The notes: generated from the sequence alone by a model not told the origin. A stretch of 64,000 nt of DNA from Macrostomum hystrix (GCA_950097015.1 CATNEN010000038.1:10726001-10790000); one strand, 5' to 3'. Counted from the first letter of the stretch, positions 26,339 to 40,486 are shown. Numbers and translations: made by a program.

Positions 26339-27405
26339 GGATGCGGCTCAGTGTGAGTTTTGCCATTCTCTGCAGGCATTGACGGTCAGGACGGAGTGAA
26401 CGGAACCGACTCCACTGGGCTGAACTTCCTGGCGATCGGCTTCGGAGGAGCGAACGGACAGTCGGGCATGGACATGTCCACTGTGCCGTGTGCGAGTGAA
26501 AACCCGGAGTCTTGCCTCCCAAGCGGTCCGGGAGCTGGCTGGATGTTCAACTCGAGCGCTGAGGGACTCTGCGGACGAGGGCGAGTCGTCGGCTGGGTCG
26601 GTGGTGGTTTCGCCGAGTGCCGAAGCGGTGGCGTCGCCAGCTGCGGTGGCTTTGGCGGAGGAAGTGCTGCAAATGTTGTAGGAGGCAGGGGAGGCGGCGG
26701 CGGCTTCAGCGTGGGGTGGAGCCGGTCAGGCGGGAGGTGGCGGAGGCTCCTTCTGCTCCGGCAGCCGCTGCAATGCCACAGCCGGCGGCAACACGGCCAG
26801 CCAGTTGACGGTCGAGTCGTCTTGACGGCCGTCAGCATCGAGAACTGCCATTAGTAACTATTTAGTAACATTTTTATGAATCTCAAAAGTTGATAACAGT
26901 TCAGTTCTCTTGTTCTTGACTACGGATATTTTCTCCTGTTCAGACATTTATGTTGCAGAAATATACTGGATGTTGATGACTAACTCGTCCAATCAGAAAT
27001 GAACATGCCCGACAAACATTTCCGTTGCTCAAATCTCTTCGATCGTAATTCTTTTTATCGCCAGCATCTAAGATAACAAAGCAAGCGTGATGCCTGAACA
27101 TTAATGATCTCATCGAGTAAGTGACGTTTGAAGGCTGGAATCGTCCGGCAACGTCAAAGACGCAAATTGCCGCACTTTGTCTATGGTTTAATTAAAGCAT
27201 TTAATGCAACCAAGACTCAATGATTAAACCATACACAGCTTGTAATTTTGCACTTTTTCATATCCTTTCGCGAATAGAAAAACTCTATGGCCAATGTCGC
27301 ATTCACTCAATAGCAAATCTTTATACGAGCGTAAATCTTGAACTTAGTCATTATTTTCTTGCACATTCAAAGACAGCTCAACCAACTAGTGGCCACGCCA
27401 GTGCC

Positions 27406-27648
27406 ATGGACCAGCCCAGTTCTCAAAGCAGCATTGAGATCCGCTTGGAATTCTCCGACCACGCCGAGTACTATGCCCACGCCAGAAAGCTGATTGAGGC
27501 CTGCCAGTCCAAGGCCTGGATCAGTCTGGCCTGCTGCCGGGTCAGCCCGCTGTACTGCCCGGCCCTCTACCTCTACCGAGTGACCATCGACGCGCGTCTC
27601 GTGTATTTTAATCGCAGTGGTGAAGCATTGTTTATGACAGCTCAGGAG
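27406..27648 (+). CDS. Probable first coding exon of a small unknown protein (81 codons)
   Basis: GCCATGG start context, GC3-rich codons, donor GAG|gtaagc; a candidate last exon at 31835-31864 (IQRFYRCLV*) is in phase but unproven. Confidence 0.5.
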
Positions 27649-27737
27649 GTAAGCGTTGTTGGCTTCTGTCTTCTAGGTGTTACCTTGCTAAAGCGTAGAG
27701 ATCTGAATATAGCAACTAGAAAATAGATAGACGAGTT

Positions 27738-28060
27738 CCGGGGGGTGAGTGGCAGAGCTGTCTAACGCGTTAGCCTCTCGCACCGAATTCCCTGCAGTGT
27801 TCGATTCCGCGGCGAGGCCACATTCATTTGGGGCGCAGCCGCAGAGAGAAGGCTTGGGGGGCTTGTCGCGCCATTTGTGATCTTGAGAGACAACCTCGAA
27901 GGCACATTGAAATTTTACACTGCCTGACGATGAGAAAGTCAAGGCAGATGTACACCCCTGTGTGAGCGTATGCTTGTGTGTGCGTGTGCGTGTGCTCAGG
28001 AGCCAGCGAAATGAGCAGAATTGCCTCCTCGCTGGCTGCGGGTCTAGTGTCACTAAATGA
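27738..28060 (+). mobile_element. tRNA-derived SINE (family B)
   Basis: A box GTGGCAGAGCTG, B box GTTCGATTCC; colinear with 43488-43810 to the shared end GCTGGCTGCGGGTCTAGTGTCACTAAATGA. Confidence 0.85.
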
Positions 28061-28486
28061 TGTTGCTCTATATATTTTTGAAGAGATATTCATGGCTCTA
28101 TAGAGGCAAGCAAAAAATTACCTACCATTAAAAAAAATTGCCACTACTCTGATCAGGTAATTAAAAAGGCCAGGCAATTTCGTTTGGAAAACGCTGCTGC
28201 CTTGAAACGATTAAGAAATACTTAAGATCGACAATTGGAATGAAATATTGGCGCTTTCAACTATTTTTGTTATCTGACTGGTCCTCAGTGATTTTATCTT
28301 GATTGCTTCGACAAGTTACTCTACCCTCTGTCCGTGTATTTACTTTATTGTCATTATTAAAATTTAAATAAAGCTGTTCTATTCTACTGATTCTTGCAAT
28401 AAAACGAAAAAGCTAACCAAACTACTGTTGAGTATGATAGGAGGGATGTCAGTGACAAATTGTCTTTTTTTTATTCGATGCAAGAA

Positions 28487-28507
28487 CAGGCAGACTGACA
28501 GACAGGC

Positions 28508-28544
<37 letters not shown>

Positions 28545-28627
28545 GGCAGACTGACAGACAGGCAGACAGACAGACAGACAGACAGACAGACAGGCAGACA
28601 GACAGACAGACAGACTGACAGACAGGC

Positions 28628-28664
<37 letters not shown>

Positions 28665-28683
28665 GGCAGACTGACAGACAGGC

Positions 28684-28719
<36 letters not shown>

Positions 28720-28771
28720 TGACAGACAGGCAGACAGGCAGACAGACAGACAGACTGACAGACAGGCAGGC

Positions 28772-28803
<32 letters not shown>

Positions 28804-28922
28804 TGACAGACAGGCAGGCAGACAGACAGACAGACAGACAGGCAGACAGACAGACAGGCAGACAGGCAGACAGACAGACCGACAGACAGACAGACAGACA
28901 GACAGGCAGGCAGACAGGCAGA

Positions 28923-29004
<82 letters not shown>

Positions 29005-29011
29005 GGCAGGC

Positions 29012-29048
<37 letters not shown>

Positions 29049-29131
29049 GGCAGACAGGCAGACAGACAGACAGGCAGACAGGCAGGCAGACAGACAGCCA
29101 GACAGACAGACAGACAGACAGACAGGCAGGC

Positions 29132-29208
<77 letters not shown>

Positions 29209-29323
29209 GGCAGACAGGCAGACAGGCAGACAGACAGACAGGCAGACAGGCAGGCAGACAGACAGCCAGACAGACAGACAGACAGACAGAAAGGCAGACA
29301 GACAGACAGACAGACAGACGGCC

Positions 29324-29354
<31 letters not shown>
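28487..29354. repeat. (CAGA)n/(CAGG)n microsatellite
   Basis: Direct reading. Confidence 0.98.
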
Positions 29355-30460
29355 TAAAAATATTACGAAGCAAGCAGCAAAGAAACACTTGGATGAAAAT
29401 ACCAGTAGCTAGCCAATATATCTAATTTTAGAGTTAAACACAATTTTCCCTTGCGTCTGAACTTTCTCATTTGAGATACCGCTCAGAAGCGAGAGAAGTG
29501 CTTTATGGCGAGAAGCTTGGTGTGAGGTTGTGCAAGCCGCATGCGTATGGGACTCTTGGCCAACACCTCATGATTAATTCTACACCTGGACTAGCTCCAC
29601 AGACATGCAAGCCGATAGTTAGAATATAGTTAAGGCAGAAATAACTATACTATAACTTGTAGATATAAATGAGAGATAACTAGGAATTGCATCGCAATAG
29701 AAATGCATACTAATCTCATTGCATGGAGATACTGAAAATGTTGACAATTGCCATCGTCAGTCGATGCTACTTTGACTTATATAGTGGACTGAGACACAGT
29801 GAGACACCGGATTGTATAGCAATCTGTATGTGTTTCAAACAAACTAAAAGCTTGACTTTCACAATTTCGAAGGCGATTTCAAAGAGCAATAGAAAGACAG
29901 ACAATAAGCACTCTGTGAACAATAGTACCAAATTGAGTTCAGACCATAATGAAGAATGCCTCTTTATATGCATTGTTTGTATGCAATTCTAATGGATAGT
30001 TTTTGCGTTCCACCACTCAGCAATGATGCGCTTGTGAGCACGCATCAGTGACCAAATCGGCACTGATGTGTTGAGCATGAGTCAGTGCATAGGAGTCGCT
30101 TCTGAGCATACAGACTCACATGCATACAATCACTTCTCTCTCAAAATGCTTGTGAGGATCTGTGTTTGCCCAACTACAGCCAATTTTAGACACCATATAA
30201 TCATACTTATTTGATCAGAACGTTGCTGCTTATTATAATGTACATAGTGTATGTACACGAGGTTTGTAAGGATCTCGAAATTGACTGTATCATACCAACA
30301 GTTCTAGTAAAACATTATCCTATGAATGTCTTTACTGAAACGCGTAACAAAAGTCAAGGCTTTTAAGATAATCTTTCCAGTTTGAAATGTGCTAGAAAGA
30401 TTTATTTCTTGAATTTTGAGCTGCAATTGTGAAGTCTTTGACCAATGAAAACAAGTTGTG

Positions 30461-31260
30461 GAGGTCTGTGACCAACCCAAATCGGTGGTCGAGGTCAGTG
30501 ACCAACCCAAATTGGTTGTCGAGGTCAGTGACCAACCCAAATTGGTTGTCGAGGTTTGTGACCAACCCAAATTGGTTGTCGAGGTCAGTGACCAACCAGA
30601 ATTGGTTGTCGAGGTCTGTGACCAACCCAAATTGGTTGTCGAGGTCTGTGACCAACCCAAATCGGTGGTCGAGGTCAGTGACCAACCCAAATTGGTTGTC
30701 GAGGTCAGTGACCAACCCAAATTGGTTGTCGAGGTCTGTGACCAACCCAAATCGGTGGTCGAGGTCAGTGACCAACCCAAATTGGTTGTCGAGGTCAGTG
30801 ACCAACCCAAATTGGTTGTCGAGGTCAGTGACCAACCCAAATTGGTTGTCGAGGTCAGTGACCAACCCAAATTGGTTGTCGAGGTCAGTGACCAACCCAA
30901 ATTGGTTGTCGAGGTCTGTGACCAAACCAAATTGGTTGTCGAGGCCAGTGAACTATCACAAAATGATAGTCGAGGTCAGTGACCAACCCGAATTGGTTGT
31001 CGAGGTCTGTGACCAACCCAAATTGGTTGTCGAGGCCAGTGAACTATCACAAAATGATAGTCGAGGTCTGTGACCAACCCAAATTGGTTGTCGAGGTCTG
31101 TGACCAACCCAAATTGGTTGTCGAGGTCTGTGACCAAACCAAATTGGTTTTCGGGTTCTGTGAGCAGTACTAATTGATTGTCGAGGTCGATGTCCAACAC
31201 AAAACGGTTTTCAGGGTCTGTGACCAACAGAAAATTATTTTCGAGGTCTGTGAACTATTA
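30461..31260. repeat. 30-bp minisatellite (GAGGTCWGTGACCAACCCAAATTGGTTGTC)
   Basis: About 26 units, degenerating to the right. Confidence 0.97.
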
Positions 31261-32321
31261 CAAAACCGGATAAATCATTAGGGATTGTCAGAAAACCACA
31301 ATGATTGTCGAGGAGTGCCCTGCACTTATTCATCTCGTTACATTTCAAAAGCGGCAAATTGTTGTCTAAACCAGTTAGCAAGTATCTGTCCGACGAATGG
31401 CGTGACAGATGGTTGTTCTTTGATAAGAGCGTAAAGCGATGCTATAAACCTCATGATGTAATATTTTTTATTAGGCTGCTTTTCTAACTAACTAACTAGC
31501 GGCAAGCGTTTGTTTTTCTGACATCAAAAGCACATCAAGAAATAAACAAGAAAATAAATCTAAGGCTTAGTGACACGGTAGTGAACTTTTATTACTGTTG
31601 GTCACGACCCACAGCTTTTCAATATAGTCGAAGCATTGAAATCTTTCTTAGTTTATTGGCTTGCTGGAGGTTGGCCCTCGTAGGCTTAAGTTGCAGGACA
31701 AGCCGCCAAGCCTTCTCTCTGCGGCAGCGCCCAAAAATTTAACGCGTCGAGGTCAGGGACCTTGGTGCGAGAGGCAGACGCGTCAGAACCGGCTTATTAT
31801 AAGAAAGTCAGAGCATATTAACAACGTTTTGAAGATCCAGCGGTTCTATCGGTGCTTGGTCTGAACGGTTTGAAACGATTTCTTTTCTCACAAATCTTTG
31901 GTCACGACGGTAATTTTGCGCCGAGCAGACAACCATGCACCTGGCATCCCAATCCTTCCCCAGGTAGATATAGGTGACAATCGATTGTGTCGTGCCGAGC
32001 GCGGATTCTGAGTCTTGTATTCGCCCCATGCCATGCAGTAATTCCCTTAGATTTCATCGGCTTCTTCTCAGCAAAATTAGCCGAATCCATACACCTTGGA
32101 CAGCGCATGGGAAATGAGGAGCAGAGGAAAGCGCTGGCAGAAAAAAAGGGATTTTGCTGATTGAATCGTTATTGGCTTGTTTGCCTATGCGCCATCCCAT
32201 AGAGATACGGAACACCTGTCTTCGCGTTACTTATATGGGCTCTGAGCTGAACATTGGAATTCTTCACTTGAACTTATTCGTTTGGCTTTGACCAAAGTGT
32301 GGGATTAGAAGTACTTATTAT

Positions 32322-35300
32322 GAATTGACGAACTATTGAATTGACGAACTATTGAATTGACGAACTATTGAATTGACGAACTATTGAATTGACGAACTAT
32401 TGAATTGACGAACTATTGAATTGACGAACTATTGAATTGACGAACTATTGAATTGACGAAATATTGAATTGACGAACTATTGAATTGACGAACTATTTAA
32501 TTGACGAACTATTGAATTGACGAACTATTGAATTGAAGAACTATTGAATTGACGAAATATTGAATTGACGAACTATTGAATTGACGAACTATTGAATTGA
32601 CGAACTATTTAATTGACGAACTATTTAATTGACGAACTATTGAATTGACGAACTATTGAATTGACGAACTATTGAATTGACGAACTATTGAATTGACGAA
32701 ATATTGAATTGACGAACTATTGAATTGACGAACTATTGAATTGAAGAACTATTGAATTGACGAACTATTGAATTGACGAACTATTGAATTGACGAACTAT
32801 TGAATTGACGAACTATTGAATTGACGAACTATTTAATTGACGAACTATTGAATTGACGAACTATTGAATTGACGAAATATTGAATTGACGAACTATTGAA
32901 TTGACGAACTATTGAATTGACGAACTATTGAATTGACTAACTATTGAATTGACGAACTATTGAATTGACGAACTATTGAATTGACGAACTATTGAATTGA
33001 CGAAATATTGAATTGACGAAATATTGAATTGACGAACTATCGAATTGACGAACTATTGAATTGACTAACTATTGAATTGACGAACTATTGAATTGACGAA
33101 CTATTGAATTGACGAACTATTGAATTGACGAACTATTGAATTGACGAACTATTGAATTGACGAACTATTGAATTGACGAACTATTGAATTGACGAACTAT
33201 TGAATTGACGAACTATCGAATTGACGAACTATTGAATTGACGTACTATCGAATTGACGAACTATCGAATTGACGAACTATTGAATTGACGAACTATCGAA
33301 TTGACGAACTATCGAATTGATGAACTATTGAATTGACGAACTATTGAATTGACGAACTATTGAATTGACGAACTATTGAATTGACGAACTATTGAATTGA
33401 CGAACTATTGAATTGACGAACTATTGAATTGAAGAACTATTGAATTGACGAAATATTGAATTGACGAACTATTGAATTGACGAACTATTAAATTGAAGAA
33501 CTATTGAATTGACGAACTATCGAATTGACGAACTATTGAATTGACGAACTATTGAATTGACGAACTATTGAATTGACGAACTATTGAATTGACGAACTAT
33601 TGAATTGACGAACTATTGAATTGACGAAATATTGATTTGACGAACTATTGAATTGACGAACTATTGAATTGACGAACTATTGAATTGACGAACTATTGAA
33701 TTGACGAACTATTGAATTGACGAACTATTGAATTGACGAACTATTGAATTGACGAACTATTGAATTGACGAAATATTGAATTGACGAACTATCGAATTGA
33801 CGAACTATTGAATTGACGAACTATTGAATTGAAGAACTATTGAATTGACGAACTATTGAATTGACGAACTATTGAATTGACGAACTATTGAATTGACGAA
33901 CTATTGAATTGACGAACTATTGAATTGACGAACTATCGAATTGACGAACTATTGAATTGACGAAATATTGAATTGACGAACTATTGAATTGACGAACTAT
34001 TGAATTGACGAACTATTGAATTGACGAACTATTGAATTGACGAACTATTGAATTGACGAACTATTGAATTGACGAACTATTGAATTGACGAACTATTGAA
34101 TTGACGAACTATTGAATTGACGAACTATTGAATTGACGAACTATTGAATTGACGAACTATTTAATTGACGAACTATTGAATTGACGAACTATTGAATTGA
34201 AGAACTATTGAATTGACGAACTATTGAATTGACGAACTATTGAATTGACGAACTATTAAATTGACGAACTATTGAATTGACGAACTATCGAATTGATGAA
34301 CTATTGAATTGACGAACTATTGAATTGACGAACTATTGAATTGACGAACTATTGAATTGACGAACTATTGAATTGACGAACTATTGAATTGACGAACTAT
34401 TGAATTGACGAACTATTGAATTGACGAACTATTGAATTGATGAACTATTGAATTGACGAACTATTGAATTGACGAACTATTGAATTGACGAACTATTGAA
34501 TTGACGAACTATTGAATTGACGAACTATTGAATTGACGAACTATTGAATTGACGAACTATTGAATTGACTAACTATTTAATTGACGTACTATTGAATTGA
34601 CGAACTATTGAATTGACGAACTATCGAATTGACGAACTATCGAATTGACGAACTATTGAATTGACGAACTATTGAATTGACGAACTATTGAATTGACGAA
34701 CTATTGAATTGACGAACTATTGAATTGACGAACTATTGAATTGACGAACTATTGAATTGACGAACTATTGAATTGACGAACTATTGAATTGACGAAATAT
34801 TGAATTGACGAACTATTGAATTGACGAACTATTGAATTGACGAACTATTGAATTGACGAACTATTGAATTGACGAAATATTGAATTGACGAACTATTGAA
34901 TTGACGAAATATTGAATTGACGAAATATTGAATTGACGAACTATCGAATTGACGAACTATTGAATTGACGAACTATTGAATTGACGAACTATTGAATTGA
35001 CGAACTATTGAATTGACGAACTATTGAATTGACGAAATATTGAATTGACGAACTATTGAATTGACGAACTATTGAATTGACGAACTATTGAATTGATGAA
35101 CTATTGAATTGACGAACTATTGAATTGATGAACTATTGAATTGACGAACTATTGAATTGACTAACTATTGAATTGACGAACTATTGAATTGACGAACTAT
35201 TGAATTGACGAAATATTGAATTGACGAACTATTGAATTGACGAACTATTGAATTGACGAACTATCGAATTGACGAACTATTGAATTGACGAACTATTGAA

Positions 35301-35743
35301 TTGACTAACTATTGAATTGACGAAATATTGAATTGACGAACTATTGAATTGACGAACTATTGAATTGACGAACTATTGAATTGACGAACTATTGAATTGA
35401 CGAACTATCGAATTGACGAACTATTGAATTGACGAACTATTGAATTGACGAACTATTGAATTGAAGAACTATTGAATTGACGAAATATTGAATTGACGAA
35501 ATATTGAATTGACGAACTATTGAATTGACGAACTATTGAATTGACGAACTATTGAATTGACGAACTATCGAATTGATGAACTATTGAATTGACGAACTAT
35601 CGAATTGATGAACTATTGAATTGACGAACTATTGAATTGACGAACTATTGAATTGACGAACTATCGAATTGACGAACTATTGAATTGACGTACTATTGAA
35701 TTGACGAACTATCGAATTGACGAACTATTGAATTGACGAACTA
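32322..35743. repeat. 16-bp minisatellite (GAATTGACGAACTATT), about 214 copies
   Basis: Phase recurs every 240 bp (15x16). Confidence 0.99.
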
Positions 35744-36004
35744 CATGCATCAGCCTTGCTGATCAGAGGGGATGGTTTGTAAATTGTCGATTACCCGCGT
35801 TGCTGTCAATTTGTCTAGTTATCGACAGAAACATGTAGGTTGGGCCATAGACATCCTAGGCACAGTTTTCCATGAGGGTATCTCCGTACTCAGCATAGCT
35901 TTCCGCTAGCTGGCTTGGGGGTAAAACGATCAGCGTCATCTCCATTATTTATGCCAGACCCGACGTATCGGTAAAGTCTTGTGTATTCTAGCCTAGAGTA
36001 GGCT

Positions 36005-36265
36005 TCTGTGTTGTAGCCTAGTGGTTAGAGTGTCGGACTCCCGACTTGAAGGTAGGAGGTTCGATTCGTGACTCCACTGGAATAAGTTAGTTAGCAAGAC
36101 AGTTAACTCTGCATTGCTTTAGTTCACCAGCATTAGGTGTGATAATTGAGGGTGGGTGTGGCGTCGCCCAGTCCATGGACTGAACAGCCGTACGCAGCCT
36201 TCAGATTCGCTGCGCAATAGCTGCGGCTGTGCTGTCGGCTGCACATCTGACCTAATCGGGGCAAA
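36005..36265 (+). mobile_element. tRNA-derived CORE-like SINE (family A)
   Basis: TAGCCTAGTGGTTAGAG A box, GGTTCGATTC B box, TTAGCAAGACAGTTAACTCTG CORE-like block; 3' part shared with the 37270 and 53911 copies. Confidence 0.8.
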
Positions 36266-36986
36266 AAGAAAATAAGTTTTTTATTTTATTTTTGTTATCT
36301 TATTTCTTAACTAAAAACAGATGCATCAACTTCACTTCAGACACGATTTCAAATCCCGGTTTAGAGTGGCCTCCACAAGTTGAAGACCGCAGCAGAAGAA
36401 ATGTTGTAGTAGTCCTGAGTTCGCAGCCAATCAGAAGCAGCAGTCTTAATCTGCCTTGAGGGGCTTGAACTCTGAGAACCAATTCTAGATTCTGACCAGA
36501 GAGATAGATAAAGAGAGGGCTCTCCCCATCTGGCTAATCTGAATAGACGAAGCGACTCAAGCCTCTCTCCTGCTCCTACTAGGAACCCCCAAGCCTTCCC
36601 GTGCTCATCTTCTGAATCCAAGAGCAATTTCAAACCAATCCTCCCCCCACCACCGCCGCCAGATTAAAATCCCAGCTCTTGTTCTCCCGATCAGCTTGTT
36701 TTGTTTTGCGGCTTCTGTAGCTATTTAATAACAGGCAAAAACAAGAGAGAGAGAAAGAGAGAGAGATAGCAGAAGGCAGACTTGCAACTGAAGCCCCGCC
36801 GGGCAGTTTAATCCCCTGCTAGTCCGCGGCAGCAGACTTTCCTAGAATTGACTGACGCGACCAGTCAAATAGGGGGGAGCCAATGTGAGTAACAAGTCGA
36901 ATAGATGAGTCTCTCCCTTCAGCAGTCCCTGCTAGACGCAGAAATTTCCAATCGAATAAAACTATTGAAAAGTTAAACAAAAAATA

Positions 36987-38488
36987 ATGCTACAAAGTTT
37001 GACAGTGAAAGCGCTGCTACTAGTCGCAGCTTCATCAGCGGTTGCCGTTGTTCAGCTCGCAGACGACAGGTAAAGTTCGAGACTTGTTTGCTACTACGTT
37101 TTTGTTCAGCCTAGAGGTGAATTGCTAGATGAGAGGTTGTGAGTTCGAAGCTCTAGACATTGTTTGTACACTGCCTTTGGAAACACCTTTGAATAACTGC
37201 GGCTGTGCTCCTGACTGTGCATATGGCCCAACCTGGCTTATAGTTATTTATTTTATTCTTTCTTTTAGTGGGGATTGTAGCCTAGTGCTCAGAGCGTGAT
37301 GGCTTAAAGGTCGGGAGTTCGATTCCCGACTCCACTGGAAGGCATTGATTCAGTTCATTCGGCTGTAAAATGGGGTAATTGAGGTTGGGTGTGGCGCCCC
37401 CCCAGTCCATGGAACAGAACATTCGTACGCTGCCTTCAGATGCGCCTCCCAATAGTGCTGTCGGCTGCACATCTGGCCCAATTTGGCCAGGTGTAATTAG
37501 TTAATATTATTATCTCACAGTGTTTATCCGAAGTTGATATTAATAGATATTATCCTTCCTCATCGGCCACAGACGTTCTCAAACTTTGTCTGCCCGAACT
37601 CGTCGCTCTGTGAGCCCAGACTCCAGCAGGCAGCAGGACCTGGGTCTGTTTCAGCGTCCACGGTCGCCCGTGTTCAACGTGCCACCGGGTGACGAGCTGA
37701 CAATGCGGCAGCTGTACGACTGCCTCGCCGAGCTGGCCGATGCCTGCCGCTCTGGAGGCTACCTCGACCTGCTTAAGGTGGACACAGCCGGCAAATCGCC
37801 GCGCGACTGGCAGGCGGAGCCTCGCCTGCTCGAGCAGCTCCGCCTGAAGCTGTTCAAAGCGCATCGTCAGGATCAGCCGGATGAGAGGCTGGCTCTGTGT
37901 TTCATCATCAAAACGCCTGACATCTTCGATCAGTCGCGACCGAGACAAGATCCGGTCTGCCTGCACCTGGCCAACGGTCAGTTTCGGATGGAGACAGAAA
38001 TTCTGCGCGCCCAGAAGACATTGTGTCGCAGCAGCGACGACTCACCCAGCGTTCACTATCTGTGCCGTCGGCCAGCGGCGAGCGCGTTATTAAACGTCAC
38101 GAATTCGCGGCAACCGTCCTCTTTCCCGGAGGCAACTGCAACAACTGAATCGTGGATTCATCGTCGCTCCTCTTCGTTTTCCTCATCTTCGAAGACGACG
38201 GAACGTCGCAGCGGCGGCCTCAGTAGAGAGGCTGAGGAGCGGCTGAAGTGCGCGCTCGTGTGGATCGTCGGTGTCCTGCTGGCTCTGGTCATTGTGCTGG
38301 TGGCAGGCATTCTGGCTCACACGCTGCTGCACCGGCAAAGCCACGCCCTAGCTCCGGCGCCGCCGCACTGCTACGCCAACGACAAGACTTCCCTGATGGA
38401 GGAGAATGGCCGCTGCGTCAACGGCGCCGGCGGTGGCATCGGCGGGATCGATGGAGGCTCTGGCGGACTCGGAGAATGTGTACTGTGA
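36987..38488 (+). CDS. Type I membrane protein with degenerate C-type-lectin-like ectodomain, 2 exons (36987-37069, 37573-38488), 332 aa
   Basis: Signal-like MLQSLTVKALLLVAASSAVA; phase-2 intron AG|gtaaag...cacag|A joins in frame; furin-like RTRR; Cys-containing ectodomain; Ser/Thr stalk; TM ALVWIVGVLLALVIVLVAGILA; short tail ending ECVL. Confidence 0.75.
37270..37497 (+). mobile_element. CORE-like SINE (family A) in an intron
   Basis: GGAGTTCGATTCC B box, CTGTAAAATGGGG CORE-like motif, shared 3' GCTGTCGGCTGCACATCTG. Confidence 0.8.
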
Positions 38489-39020
38489 GGGCGCACTGGA
38501 GATCAGCACCAGAAAAAGCTTAGTACTCAGTAGCATTGAGAAATCATATCGACGTCTTGGATTCGAACAAAGTTGTTTCTTATCGACAATACTTCAGAAG
38601 CGGTCAAAGCAAGCCTGTTTTGCTTCCTTACACTCTCCACATTTTGCATGCTCGCGATAAGTCATAATAATTCATAAAATCTCGAATGTTTCACCAAGTT
38701 TCCAGCTAAATCACTGCGTCATTTCCCGTAATATCAATATAAGAAAGTAATGTCAGATTCAAATTAAAATGTACCATTTTCAAAGCCTACTAACACAGTG
38801 CATACCATTGTGTGAAATATTTTTCTTGTAATATTGTGCTTGACGGCTTCGTGAAATCAAACAAAATACAAGCTACCTATGTTATCACGATAATGTTTTT
38901 TAATTTATTTAGGCTAAAAATTTATTCAAATGCAATTTTCAACCATTTTAAAAAATAATTTCATAAGGAAGAATCAACAAACCCTGCTGCGTGCTTGGAG
39001 ATCGCTCTGCTGTGAGAGAA

Positions 39021-39706
39021 CTGCACACACATGACCACTGCACACACATGACCACTGCACACACATGACCACTGCACACACATGACCACTGCACACACAT
39101 GACCACTGCACACAGATGACCGCTGCACACACATGACCACTGCACACACATGACCACTGCACACACATGACCACTGCACACACATGACCACTGCACACAG
39201 ATGACCGCTGCACACACATGACCACTGCACACACATGACCACTGCACACAGATGACCGCTGCACACACATGACCACTGCACACACATGACCACTGCACAC
39301 ACATGACCACTGCACACACATGACCACTGCACACACATGACCACTGCACACACATGACCACTGCACACAGATGACCGCTGCACACACATGACCACTGCAC
39401 ACACATGACCACTGCACACACATGACCACTGCACACACATGACCACTGCACACACATGACCACTGCACACACATGACCACTGCACACACATGACCACTGC
39501 ACACACATGACCACTGCACACACATGACCACTGCACACACATGACCACTGCACACACAGATGACCACTGCACACACATGACCACTGCACACACATGACCA
39601 CTGCACACACATGACCACTGCATACAGATGACCACTGCACACACATGACCACTGCACACAGATGACCACTGCATACAGATGACCACACAGATGACCACAC
39701 AGATGA
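39021..39706. repeat. 17-bp minisatellite (CTGCACACACATGACCA), about 40 copies
   Basis: Direct reading. Confidence 0.97.
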
Positions 39707-40154
39707 CCCCAACGCACGGATTACTACTGCACAGATAGGCTGGGACATATGCCTTCTAATTTACGTTCGCAAAATAAGTGAAAAATCGGTTTTAAGGAAG
39801 TCATCCAAAGCTTAACTCATTGCATCGCTAAAACACGTTCTCAAATATGCTTTCGTTTTTCATTCAGGAGAGCAGTTGTGATTTATATACAACAAAGCAG
39901 TTTATTTTTATCGGAGAAGATATTTTTTAAGTCACTGAATCCTACTTTAAGTAGGTGGAGCCAGGTTGTGCAATTTTTGATTAGCTGTTATGAAAAACAT
40001 ATAAAGGTCAATGCATTCTCAGAAATATAGGTAAAACTTTTGGGAATTAAGTTACACAATTTGCTTTTAATAATAAGGCACAAAAGTTAGCATATTTCAG
40101 TGTACCAAAATTGAAAAGTTTAACTTCTATAAGCTATAAAATACGAGCGTAAAT

Positions 40155-40486
40155 TCTATCTAGTTAACTGTCTATCTAGTTAACTGTCTATCTAGTTAAC
40201 TGTCTATCTAGTTAACTGTCTATCTAGTTAACTGTCTATCTAGTTAACTGTCTATCTAGTTAACTGTCTATCTAGTTAACTGTCTATCTAGTTAACTGTC
40301 TATCTAGTTAACTGTCTATCTAGTTAACTGTCTATCTAGTTAACTGTCTATCTAGTTAACTGTCTATCTAGTTAACTGTCTATCTAGTTAACTGTCTATC
40401 TAGTTAACTGTCTATCTAGTTAACTGTCTATCTAGTTAACTGTCTATCTAGTTAACTGTCTATCTAGTTAACTGTCTATCTAGTTA
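40155..40486. repeat. Perfect 16-bp minisatellite (TCTATCTAGTTAACTG), about 21 copies
   Basis: No variant units seen. Confidence 0.98.

Larger units (their letters stand above)
20098..26854 (+). pseudogene. Disrupted paralog of the secreted ALK/LTK-like Gly-rich gene at 53326-56107 (exons 20098-20152, about 20438-20540, 26376-26854)
   Basis: Signal exon MPLRLSSLVAILLVASAAG|gt has the same phase 1; next exon ECYRHTMLKSDSPVELAEADGASQIVA matches DCAKHKMLKAGGAVELTAEDGASLILA, then similarity stops (TAG 20602); last exon GIDGQDGVNGTDSTGLNFLAIGFGGANGQ matches GIDGQGGVNGTDSIGLNFLALGFGGANGQ; exon-3 equivalent not found; Gypsy inserted inside. Confidence 0.8.

Noticed and set aside
27920-27950. Hammerhead ribozyme core (CTGACGA...GAAA) in SINE family B
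   Set aside because: Only 3 nt separate CTGACGA and GAAA, leaving no stem II; no stems I/III seen.
30304-31227. Repeat ORFs from the 30-bp array, and Cys-rich ORFs at 38948-39748
   Set aside because: Open in many frames simply because the unit lacks stops; no gene signals.
36010-36085. tRNA genes at SINE heads (also 37275, 43495, 54100-54165)
   Set aside because: A and B boxes are present, but no complete cloverleaf, and each continues into a shared SINE body.
36300-36640. 90-aa minus-strand ORF
   Set aside because: Non-ATG start, no clear splice signals or recognisable motif; may be a decayed exon.
38474-38488. CaaX prenylation signal
   Set aside because: The terminus is ECVL, with Cys at -3 rather than -4.
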